Assembly: GCA_035266805.1 (NCBI GenBank)
Contig: DATFMS010000113.1
Coordinates: 1 to 42,249, forward strand
Reading direction: 5' to 3'
Source: Burkholderiales bacterium
GTDB lineage: Bacteria > Pseudomonadota > Gammaproteobacteria > Burkholderiales > SG8-39
DNA: 42,249 nucleotides
Made by a program: the position numbers and the translations under genes. The notes beneath the pieces were generated by a model that saw nothing but the letters and a program-made list of their open reading frames with translations, was not told the DNA's origin and did no database searches. Each line of letters begins with the position of its first letter. The stretch's first letter is position 1. This document shows positions 16,525-24,552 of the stretch, piece by piece.

Positions 16525-17483
16525 GCCTGTCGGTATCGTTCGACGACGTCGAAGCGGCGCACGCGCGCCTGCGCGGAGTCGCGCACCGCACCCCGGCACT
16601 CACCTCGAGCAGCGTCGACGCGCTGACCGGCGCGAGCGCGCGCTTCAAGTGCGAGAACCTGCAGCGCATGGGCGCGTTCAAGTTCCGCGGCGCGTACAAC
16701 GCGCTGGCGCAGCTCGCGGAAGACGAAAAGCGCCGCGGCGTCATCACCTACTCATCGGGCAATCACGCGCAGGCGGTGGCGCTCGCAGGCCGTCTGCTCG
16801 GCGTCGCGGCGACCATCGTCATGCCGGCCGACGCGCCGCGCGTCAAGCTCGAGGCGACGCGCGGCTACGGCGCCGAGGTGATCACCTACGACCCGGAAAC
16901 CGCGTCGCGCGAGGACATCGCGCGCCGGATCGGCGCCGAGCGCGGGCTAGTCGTAATCCCGCCGTTCGACCATCCGCACGTGATCGCCGGCCAGGGCACC
17001 GCGGCCAAGGAGCTGATCGAGGACGCCGGCCCGCTCGACGCGCTGCTGGTGCCATGCGGCGGCGGCGGGCTGCTTTCGGGCTGCGCGGTCGCTGCGCGGC
17101 GCATGAATCCGGATTGCCGCGTGATAGGGGTCGAGCCGGCCGCGGGCGACGACGCCACGCGCTCGTTCAAATCTAAGACCCTGCAGTCGGTGCACAACCC
17201 GGACACCATCGCCGACGGCGCGCGCACCTCGTCGCTCGGCCAGCACACCTTCCCGCTGGTGCTGCACTACGTCGACGAGATGCTGACCGTGAGCGACGCG
17301 GAGCTGCTCGAAGCCATGTTCTTCCTCTGGCAGCGCATGAAGCTGGTGGTCGAGCCGACCGGAGCGCTCGCCGCCTGCGCCCTGCTGCGCGGCAAGCTCG
17401 ACGCCGCGGGGCTGCGCGTCGGCGTGATCCTGTCCGGCGGCAACGTGGACCTCGACTGGGCGGCGCGCCAGCGGCTGCGCTAA
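16521..17483 (+). CDS. PLP-dependent serine/threonine dehydratase family enzyme (serine racemase / threo-3-hydroxyaspartate ammonia-lyase-like)
   Basis: Last 320 codons of track ORF 14853-17483. The GTG start overlaps the dehalogenase stop (GTGA). Motifs: CENLQRMGAFKFRGAYN (PLP Lys), SSGNHAQAVALAG and PCGGGGLLSG. Confidence 0.88.
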   Translation: MSLSVSFDDVEAAHARLRGVAHRTPALTSSSVDALTGASARFKCENLQRMGAFKFRGAYNALAQLAEDEKRRGVITYSSGNHAQAVALAGRLLGVAATIVMPADAPRVKLEATRGYGAEVITYDPETASREDIARRIGAERGLVVIPPFDHPHVIAGQGTAAKELIEDAGPLDALLVPCGGGGLLSGCAVAARRMNPDCRVIGVEPAAGDDATRSFKSKTLQSVHNPDTIADGARTSSLGQHTFPLVLHYVDEMLTVSDAELLEAMFFLWQRMKLVVEPTGALAACALLRGKLDAAGLRVGVILSGGNVDLDWAARQRLR

Positions 17484-17509
17484 ACTCGCCCGCTTATTCA
17501 GGAGCCAAC

Positions 17510-18505
17510 ATGACACTACCAAGCAAGATGCGCGCGGTCGAGATTGCGAAGCCCGGCGGACCGGAAGCGCTGGTGCCGACCGAGCGCCCGCTGCCGAGCC
17601 CGAAGCCGAACGAGATTCTGGTCAAAGTTGCCGCAGCCGGCGTAAACCGACCGGACATCCTGCAGCGCCAGGGGCTGTACGCGGTGCCCCCCGACGCGTC
17701 CGACCTGCCCGGTCTCGAAATCGCCGGCGAGGTCGTCGCCTGCGGCGCGAGCGCGACGCGCTGGAAAGTCGGCGACAAGGTCTGCGCGCTCGCCCACGGC
17801 GGCGGCTACGCCGAGTACTGCGTGGTGCCCGAGGTGCAGGCGCTGCCGGTGCCGAAGGGACTGTCGATGATCGAGGCCGCTTCGCTGCCGGAGACCTTCT
17901 TCACCGTGTGGTCCAACGTCTACGACCGCGGCCGACTGAAGGCCGGCGAGACACTGCTGGTGCACGGCGGCTCCTCGGGCATCGGCGTCACCGCGATCCA
18001 GATCGCCAGGGCGATGGGCAACCGCGTGCTCGCCACCGCGGGCAGCGACGACAAATGCGCCGCCTGCGTCAAGCTGGGTGCCGACAAGGCGATCAACTAC
18101 CGCACCCAGGACTTCCTCGCCGAAGTGCAGGCCGCCACCGACGGCAAGGGCGTGAACGTGATCCTCGACATGGTCGGCGGCGATTACGTGCCGAAAGAGC
18201 TCAAGTGCCTCGCCGAAGAAGGGCGGCTGGTGTTCATCGCCTTCCTGCGCGGGCCCAAGACCGAGCTCGACATCAACGAGGTGATGCGGCGCCGCCTCAC
18301 CCTCACCGGCTCGACCCTGCGCCCGCGCCCGGTCGAGTTCAAGGGCGCGGTCGCGGCGAGCCTGCGCGAGCGCGTCTGGCCGCTGATCGAGGGCGGCAAG
18401 ATCAAGCCGGTGATCTTCAAGACCTTCCCCCTCGCCCAGGCCGCCGATGCGCACAGGCTGATGGAATCCTCGCAGCACATCGGCAAGCTGGTGCTAACCG
18501 TATAG
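17510..18505 (+). CDS. NAD(P)H:quinone oxidoreductase (MDR superfamily, PIG3-type)
   Basis: 331 aa: ILVKVAAAGVNRPDILQRQGLY, LVHGGSSGIGVTAIQIA and HIGKLVL. RBS AGGAG upstream. Confidence 0.88.
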   Translation: MTLPSKMRAVEIAKPGGPEALVPTERPLPSPKPNEILVKVAAAGVNRPDILQRQGLYAVPPDASDLPGLEIAGEVVACGASATRWKVGDKVCALAHGGGYAEYCVVPEVQALPVPKGLSMIEAASLPETFFTVWSNVYDRGRLKAGETLLVHGGSSGIGVTAIQIARAMGNRVLATAGSDDKCAACVKLGADKAINYRTQDFLAEVQAATDGKGVNVILDMVGGDYVPKELKCLAEEGRLVFIAFLRGPKTELDINEVMRRRLTLTGSTLRPRPVEFKGAVAASLRERVWPLIEGGKIKPVIFKTFPLAQAADAHRLMESSQHIGKLVLTV

Positions 18506-18516
18506 CGGTCGCGCGC

Positions 18517-19392
18517 ATGTTCAAGGAAGGCCTGTTCAAGGACAAGAGGATCCTCGTCACCGGGGGCGGCACCGGCCTGGGCAAGGAGATCGCCGCCAAG
18601 TACCTCGAGCTCGGAGCGGAGGTCTGGATCGCCGGCCGGCGCGGGCCGGTGCTCGAGCGCACCGCGAAGGAGCTCATGGGGGCGCACGGCGGCACGGTGC
18701 GCACGCATTCGGTCGACATCCGCGACGCGCAGGCGGTGGACGCGATGGTGCAGCGAATCTGGGACGAAGCCGGTCCGCTCACCGGACTGGTCAACAACGC
18801 CGCGGGCAACTTCATCAGCCCGACCAAGGACCTGACGCCGAACGGCTTCAACGCGATCGCCAACATCGTCTTCCACGGCACTTTCTACGTCACCCACGCG
18901 GTCGGGCGGCGCTGGATCGAAGGCGGCCACAAGGGCTCAGTGATCTCGATCCTGGTGACCTGGGTCTGGACCGGGTCGCCGTATGTCGTGCCCTCGGCGA
19001 TGTCGAAGGCTGCGCTGCACGTGATGACCAAGTCGCTCGCGGTCGAGTGGGGCCGCCACGGTATCCGCCTCAACGCGATCGCGCCCGGACCGTTCCCGAC
19101 CGAGGGCGCCTCCAAGCGCTTGCGCCCCGACAGCAGCTTCGAGGACGCGACGCGCACGATCCCGATGCGACGCATCGGGCAGATGCCCGAGTTGCAGAAC
19201 CTCGCCGCCTTCCTGATGGCCGACGGCTGCGACTACCTCACCGGGGAGACGATCGCGATCGACGGCGGCGGCTACCTCGCCAACGGCGCCTCGTTCAGCG
19301 AGCTCGACAAGCTCTCGGACGCCGACTGGCAGCGCATGCGCGAATTGATCAAGGCGCAGAACGACAAGGACCGCGCCGGGCGCACCGCGTGA
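18517..19392 (+). CDS. Short-chain dehydrogenase/reductase, 2,4-dienoyl-CoA reductase-like
   Basis: Last 291 codons of track ORF 17908-19392. ILVTGGGTGLGKEIA (NAD(P) binding), NNAAGNF and SAMSKAALHVMTKSLAVEW are present, and the overall layout resembles DECR-type SDRs. Confidence 0.82.
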   Translation: MFKEGLFKDKRILVTGGGTGLGKEIAAKYLELGAEVWIAGRRGPVLERTAKELMGAHGGTVRTHSVDIRDAQAVDAMVQRIWDEAGPLTGLVNNAAGNFISPTKDLTPNGFNAIANIVFHGTFYVTHAVGRRWIEGGHKGSVISILVTWVWTGSPYVVPSAMSKAALHVMTKSLAVEWGRHGIRLNAIAPGPFPTEGASKRLRPDSSFEDATRTIPMRRIGQMPELQNLAAFLMADGCDYLTGETIAIDGGGYLANGASFSELDKLSDADWQRMRELIKAQNDKDRAGRTA

Positions 19393-21035
19393 GTTCCGCT
19401 CCGCGACCCGCCGCGACGGTCGCCCTGCTGCGCGAGGCGGCCGATGCGCTCGAGGTGTTCCTGCTCCAGCGCACCCGCGGCGCGGCATTCCTCGCCGGCG
19501 CCTACGTGTTCCCGGGTGGCGCGATCGACGACGACGACGCGGACCCTCGCGTCTTGCAGCGCGTGGTGGGCCTCGCCGACGGCGAGGCGAGCGAGCGGCT
19601 CGGCGTCGCCGCCGGCGGGCTCGCCTACTGGGTCGCGGCGGTGCGCGAATGCTTCGAGGAAGCCGGCATCCTGATCGCGTTGGACGAGCACGAGCGCCCG
19701 GTGAGCGCTGAGCGCGCGGCGGCGTTCGAGCACCTGCGCGCGCCGCTCAACGCCGGCGAGCTGTCGTTCGCCGATTTCCTTGAGCGCGAGCGGCTGATCG
19801 TGCCGGCGCAGCAGCTGGCCTACTTCGGCCACTGGATCACCGCGCCGGGACGCTCGCGCCGCTTCGACACGCGCTTCTTCGTCGCCCTCGCGCCGCAGGG
19901 CCAGGCCGGCTCGCACGACAACGCCGAGACGATCCACAACCTCTGGCTGCGGCCGCAGGAAGCGCTCGAGCGCAACGCGCAAGGCAAGTTCGAGCTGGTG
20001 TTCGCCACCAAGCACACGCTGACCGAGCTCGCGCGCTTCGCGCGCCCGTACGAAGCCTTCGAGCACGTCAAGGCGCTGCCCGAGATCGAGACCAACCGTG
20101 CCTGCTGGGCACAGGGCAAGGACGGCCCGAGGCTGTTCCGGCGCGCCGACCCGCAGTACTTCGAGATCCACTGGTGCGATCCGCAGGAAAGCGGCAACAC
20201 GAGCTACGACCTGGTGCCCGGCACGCCGAAGCGGCTCGACCGCCTGGTGACGCGCATCACGGCGCCGAACCCCGGCATGATGACCGGCCCCGGAACCAAC
20301 AGCTATCTGGTGGGCGACGACGACCTGGCGCTGATCGACCCCGGCCCGGCAATCGACTCGCACCTCGACGCGGTGCTCGCCGCGGGCGCCGGCCGCATCA
20401 AGTGGGTGCTGTGCACGCACACTCACCTCGACCACTCGCCTGCGGCAGCCGCGGTGCGCGAAGCGACCGGCGCGCAACTGATCGGCCGTCCGGCGCCGCC
20501 GGGCGCGAGCCAGGACCCGGGTTTCGCGCCCGAGCGCGTGCCCGCGCACGGCGAAACGCTCGCCCTGGGCAGCATCGCACTGCGCGCGCTGCATACGCCC
20601 GGCCATGCATCGAACCACCTGTGCTACCTCCTCGAGCAAACCGGCATGCTGTTCACCGGCGATCACGTGATGCAGGGCTCGACCGTGGTGATCAACCCGC
20701 CCGACGGCGACATGCGCGCCTACCTCGGCTCGCTCGAAGCGCTGCTCGCCGAGGAGTTCGCGATCTTCGCGCCGGGACACGGCTACCTGATCGGCGCGCC
20801 GCACAAGGAGCTGCAGCGCCTGATCGCGCATCGGCTCGCGCGCGAGGCCAAGGTGGTGGCGGCGCTGGCGAAGCTCGGCGGCGCGACGCTCGAAGCGCTG
20901 GTGCCCGCCGTTTACGACGACGTGCCGGCAAAACTTCATGCCGTGGCGGCGCGCTCTCTGCGCGCGCATCTGGACAAGCTCGTCGCAGAGGGCAGCGTGC
21001 GCGTGGCCGCCGGCCGCTACAGCCACCTCGGCTAG
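19389..21035 (+). CDS. Fusion protein: N-terminal Nudix-like domain plus C-terminal metallo-beta-lactamase-fold hydrolase (548 aa)
   Basis: The GTG start overlaps the SDR stop (GTGA). The N-terminal part has GAYVFPGG and RECFEEAGI (Nudix-box remnants). The C-terminal part has LCTHTHLDHSPAA (HxHxDH), HTPGHASNH, FTGDHV and FAPGHG. Confidence 0.8.
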   Translation: MSSAPRPAATVALLREAADALEVFLLQRTRGAAFLAGAYVFPGGAIDDDDADPRVLQRVVGLADGEASERLGVAAGGLAYWVAAVRECFEEAGILIALDEHERPVSAERAAAFEHLRAPLNAGELSFADFLERERLIVPAQQLAYFGHWITAPGRSRRFDTRFFVALAPQGQAGSHDNAETIHNLWLRPQEALERNAQGKFELVFATKHTLTELARFARPYEAFEHVKALPEIETNRACWAQGKDGPRLFRRADPQYFEIHWCDPQESGNTSYDLVPGTPKRLDRLVTRITAPNPGMMTGPGTNSYLVGDDDLALIDPGPAIDSHLDAVLAAGAGRIKWVLCTHTHLDHSPAAAAVREATGAQLIGRPAPPGASQDPGFAPERVPAHGETLALGSIALRALHTPGHASNHLCYLLEQTGMLFTGDHVMQGSTVVINPPDGDMRAYLGSLEALLAEEFAIFAPGHGYLIGAPHKELQRLIAHRLAREAKVVAALAKLGGATLEALVPAVYDDVPAKLHAVAARSLRAHLDKLVAEGSVRVAAGRYSHLG

Positions 21036-21091
21036 CCAATCCCGCGCCAACTGGCTAAGATCGCCACACCCTGCCGTTCGAGGAGAGCGCC

Positions 21092-21358
21092 ATGAGCATG
21101 CACGACAAGACGCTGAAGCTGGTGACCAACCTGGACCGCGCCGGGATCGAGGCACGCCTGGCCGAGGTGCGCAGCGGCGCACGCGAGAAGAACCTCAGCG
21201 AGGTGACGGCGCTCCTGGACGGCATCGAGGGCGAGCCGCAAGCGCAGATGCAGGAGCGAGTGCAGAATGCGCTCAAGTTGCTGCGCGGCAAGCCCGAGCA
21301 TGGCGCCATTTCGGCCCTGCTCGAGCTCGTGGAGCTGAACCTGCCCAACCTGAAGTGA
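21092..21358 (+). CDS. Hypothetical small protein (88 aa)
   Basis: RBS GAGGAG 6 nt upstream of the ATG and strong GC3 bias. Predicted helical sequence MSMHDKTLKLVTNLDRAGIEARLAEVRSG.... Its stop overlaps the GTG start of gor. Confidence 0.65.
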   Translation: MSMHDKTLKLVTNLDRAGIEARLAEVRSGAREKNLSEVTALLDGIEGEPQAQMQERVQNALKLLRGKPEHGAISALLELVELNLPNLK

Positions 21359-22722
21359 AACGCGCCGGGCAGTACGACTTCGACCTTTTCACGATCGGCG
21401 GCGGCTCGGGCGGCGTGCGCGCCAGCCGCGTGGCGGCCACCTACGGCGCGCGCGTCGCGATCGCCGAGTCGGGCCGTTTCGGCGGCACCTGCGTAAACAT
21501 CGGCTGCATCCCGAAGAAGCTGTTTTCCTACGCCGCCCACTTCCGCGACGATTTCGAGGACGCCGCGGCCTACGGCTGGAGCCTCGCCAAGCAGGGCTTC
21601 GACTGGCGAACGCTGGTCGCCAACAAGGACAAGGAGATCGCGCGCCTGAACGCGGTCTACGAGCGGCTGCTCGCTTCTGCCGGAGTCGAGATCGTGCGCG
21701 GCCGCGCCGCGCTGCGCGACGCGCACACGGTCGAGGTCGCCGGCCGCAGCTGGAGCGCCAAGCACATCCTGATCGCCACCGGCTCGCGGCCGCAGGTGCC
21801 CGACATACCGGGAAAGTCGCATGCGATCACCTCCGACGCCGTATTCCATCTCGAGCGCCTGCCGCCGCGCGCGATCGTCGTCGGCGGCGGCTACATCGCG
21901 GTCGAATTCGCCTCGATCTTCAACGGGCTGGGGGTGCAGACCACGCTCGCCTACCGCCGCCACCGCCTGCTGCGCGAGTTCGATGTCGAGCTGGGAACGC
22001 GCCTGGGGGAGGAGATCCAGAAGAAGGGCGTCATCGTGCATTTCGGCGCCGAGCCGGAGTCGATCGCCAAGCTGCCCGACGGCGTGCTCGAAGTCGCCTA
22101 CGGCGACGGCATGCACGCGCGCGCCGAGCTGGTGCTGTTCGCCACCGGACGGGTGCCGAACAGCAAGGGTCTCGGGCTCGAGGTCGCGGGCGTGAAGCTG
22201 GGGCCGATCGGCGAGGTGCTGGTGGACGCCTTCTCCAGGAGCTCGGTAGCCTCGATCCACGCCATCGGCGACGTCACCAACCGGATCAACCTGACCCCGG
22301 TAGCGACCGCCGAGGGCATGGCGCTGGCGAAGACGCTGTTCGGCGGCGAGCCGACCGCGATGGACTACGACAACGTGCCGACCGCGGTGTTCGCCAACCC
22401 GAACCTCGCCACCGTGGGCTTGTCGGAGGAGACGGCGCGCGAGCGCTACCCGAAGCTTCAGGTGTACAAGACCGCGTTCCGCTCGCTCAAGCACACGCTC
22501 ACCGCGAGCGAGGAGAAGACGTTCATGAAGCTGGTGGTGGACGCCGACAGCCAGCGGGTGGTCGGCGCCCAGATGATCGGCCCGGATGCGGGCGAGATTA
22601 TCCAAGGCATCGCGATCGCCGTTAAGCTCGGCGCAAGCAAGGCGCAGTTCGACGCCACCATCGGCATTCACCCGACGGCCGCCGAAGAATTCGTCACCAT
22701 GCGAGAAGCGGCGAGTCCTTGA
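21355..22722 (+). CDS. gor: Glutathione-disulfide reductase
   Basis: Last 455 codons of track ORF 20938-22722. FDLFTIGGGSGG (FAD), the redox-active GGTCVNIGCIPKK, VVGGGYIAVEFA (NADPH) and C-terminal IGIHPTAAEEFVTM. Confidence 0.9.
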   Translation: MKRAGQYDFDLFTIGGGSGGVRASRVAATYGARVAIAESGRFGGTCVNIGCIPKKLFSYAAHFRDDFEDAAAYGWSLAKQGFDWRTLVANKDKEIARLNAVYERLLASAGVEIVRGRAALRDAHTVEVAGRSWSAKHILIATGSRPQVPDIPGKSHAITSDAVFHLERLPPRAIVVGGGYIAVEFASIFNGLGVQTTLAYRRHRLLREFDVELGTRLGEEIQKKGVIVHFGAEPESIAKLPDGVLEVAYGDGMHARAELVLFATGRVPNSKGLGLEVAGVKLGPIGEVLVDAFSRSSVASIHAIGDVTNRINLTPVATAEGMALAKTLFGGEPTAMDYDNVPTAVFANPNLATVGLSEETARERYPKLQVYKTAFRSLKHTLTASEEKTFMKLVVDADSQRVVGAQMIGPDAGEIIQGIAIAVKLGASKAQFDATIGIHPTAAEEFVTMREAASP

Positions 22723-22786
22723 TCTGCCGCGCAAAGCCCGGTAAAACGCAAGACAGAAGCAAGCTAGACACAGAGCTAGGCCCGCT

Positions 22787-23992
22787 ATGCTGCTGGAGTC
22801 CCGCATCAGGAAGATCATCGCTGAGCTGAGCGGCAAGGTGCAGTTGCCGCTCGCGCTCGAGCTGTGGAACGGCGAGCGTTACGACCTGTCGCCGTCGCCG
22901 ACGGTAACCTTGCGCGTTCCGTCGGCCGGCGCGCTGCGCTACCTGATCAATCCGGACCTCGCCAAGCTGGGCGAGGCCTACGTCGAGGGCCACCTCGAGA
23001 TCAAGGGCCCGATCGCGGACGCGCTGCGCGCAGCCGAAGGCCTGTCGCGCAACCTTGGCGAGGGCAAGGGCGGCAAGCTGCCGCTGCTGCGCCGCCGCCA
23101 CAGCAAGCAGCGCGACGCCGAGGCAATTCGATACCACTACGACGTTTCGAACGCCTTCTACGCCTTGTGGCTCGATCGCAACATGGTCTACTCCTGCGCC
23201 TACTTCAAGACCGGCGACGAGGACATCGACACCGCGCAAGAGCAGAAGCTCGACCACGTCTGCCGCAAGCTGCGGCTGCGCCCCGGCGACCGCTTGCTCG
23301 ACATCGGCTGCGGCTGGGGCGGGTTGGTGCGCTGGGCGGCGAAGAATTACGGCGTCGACGCGACCGGCATCACGCTGTCGCGCAACCAGCACGCTCTGGC
23401 GTCCGAGCGGATCAAGGCCGACGGCCTCACGGATCGCTGCCGGGTGCTGCTGCAGGACTACCGCGACGTGCCGGGCACGGCCGTGTACGACAAGATCTCG
23501 TCGGTGGGCATGTTCGAGCATGTCGGGCTGAAAAACCTGCCGCTGTACTTCGGCGTCATCCGGCGCCTACTCAAGGAGGGCGGCGTAGCGTTGAACCACG
23601 GCATCACCTCGGTCGACCCGGACAGCCGCTCGGTCGGCCTGGGCGGGGGCGACTTCGTCGAGAAGTACGTCTTCCCGCATGGCGAGCTGCCGCACGTGTC
23701 GCTTGCCCTGCGCGAGATGGTCGCCGCCGGCCTCGAGGTGATGGACGTCGAAACGCTGCGCCTGCACTACGCCAGGACGCTGTGGCAGTGGAGCGAGCGG
23801 CTCGAAGCGAACCTCGAGCGCGCAAGCGAGTACGCCGGCGAGAAGCGCCTGCGCATCTGGCGCGCCTACCTCGCCGGCTGCGCGCACGCCTTCGAACAAC
23901 GCTGGGTCTCGATTCACCAGATGCTCGCGGTCAAGAGCGGTAACCCGACCACCAACCCCCTGCCCTGGAGCCGGGACTGGATCTACCGATGA
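22787..23992 (+). CDS. Cyclopropane-fatty-acyl-phospholipid synthase family SAM-dependent methyltransferase
   Basis: 401 aa: HYDVSNAFYALWLD, YSCAYF, the SAM motif LLDIGCGWGGL and SVGMFEHVG. Confidence 0.88.
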   Translation: MLLESRIRKIIAELSGKVQLPLALELWNGERYDLSPSPTVTLRVPSAGALRYLINPDLAKLGEAYVEGHLEIKGPIADALRAAEGLSRNLGEGKGGKLPLLRRRHSKQRDAEAIRYHYDVSNAFYALWLDRNMVYSCAYFKTGDEDIDTAQEQKLDHVCRKLRLRPGDRLLDIGCGWGGLVRWAAKNYGVDATGITLSRNQHALASERIKADGLTDRCRVLLQDYRDVPGTAVYDKISSVGMFEHVGLKNLPLYFGVIRRLLKEGGVALNHGITSVDPDSRSVGLGGGDFVEKYVFPHGELPHVSLALREMVAAGLEVMDVETLRLHYARTLWQWSERLEANLERASEYAGEKRLRIWRAYLAGCAHAFEQRWVSIHQMLAVKSGNPTTNPLPWSRDWIYR

Positions 23993-24552
23993 GCAGCCCC
24001 GTCGCGCTCTGGCACGCCGAACACGCGAACTTCTCGCGCCTGCTTTCGCTGCTGGAGAACCAGCTCGCGGTATTTCACGAGGGCGGCAAGCCGAACTACG
24101 AGCTGATGATCGACATCGTGTCGTACCTGCGGCACTACCCCGATCGCTTCCACCACGCGCGCGAGGACGTCGCCTTCGCGCGCCTGGTTGCGCGCGAACC
24201 GGAGCTGCAGGGCAAGATAGGCCGCCTGCTGCAGGAGCACCGCGTCATCGCCAATGCCGGCGACGAACTGCTCACGCTGCTGAACCAGGTCGTCGACGAG
24301 GCGATCGTCTCGCGCGCCGAAGTCGAAACGGCGGCGGCCACTTACCTGGTGTACTACCGCCATCACGTTGCGACCGAAGAGGGGGACGTGCTGCCGCGCG
24401 CAGTCGAGCTGCTCACGCCCGGGGACTGGGCCGCGGTGGCCGCCGCGATCCCGGCGGGCCGCGACCCCCTGTTCGGCGACGATTCCGACGAGCGCTACCG
24501 CGAGTTGCGGCGGCTCATCCTGATCGAGGCCAGCGGCACGCAGCCGAGGTAG
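23989..24552 (+). CDS. Hemerythrin-like (HHE cation-binding) domain protein
   Basis: 187 aa with WHAEHANF, FHHAREDV and RHHVATEEGDVLP metal-ligand patterns. ATGA overlap with the preceding methyltransferase gene. Confidence 0.8.
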   Translation: MSSPVALWHAEHANFSRLLSLLENQLAVFHEGGKPNYELMIDIVSYLRHYPDRFHHAREDVAFARLVAREPELQGKIGRLLQEHRVIANAGDELLTLLNQVVDEAIVSRAEVETAAATYLVYYRHHVATEEGDVLPRAVELLTPGDWAAVAAAIPAGRDPLFGDDSDERYRELRRLILIEASGTQPR

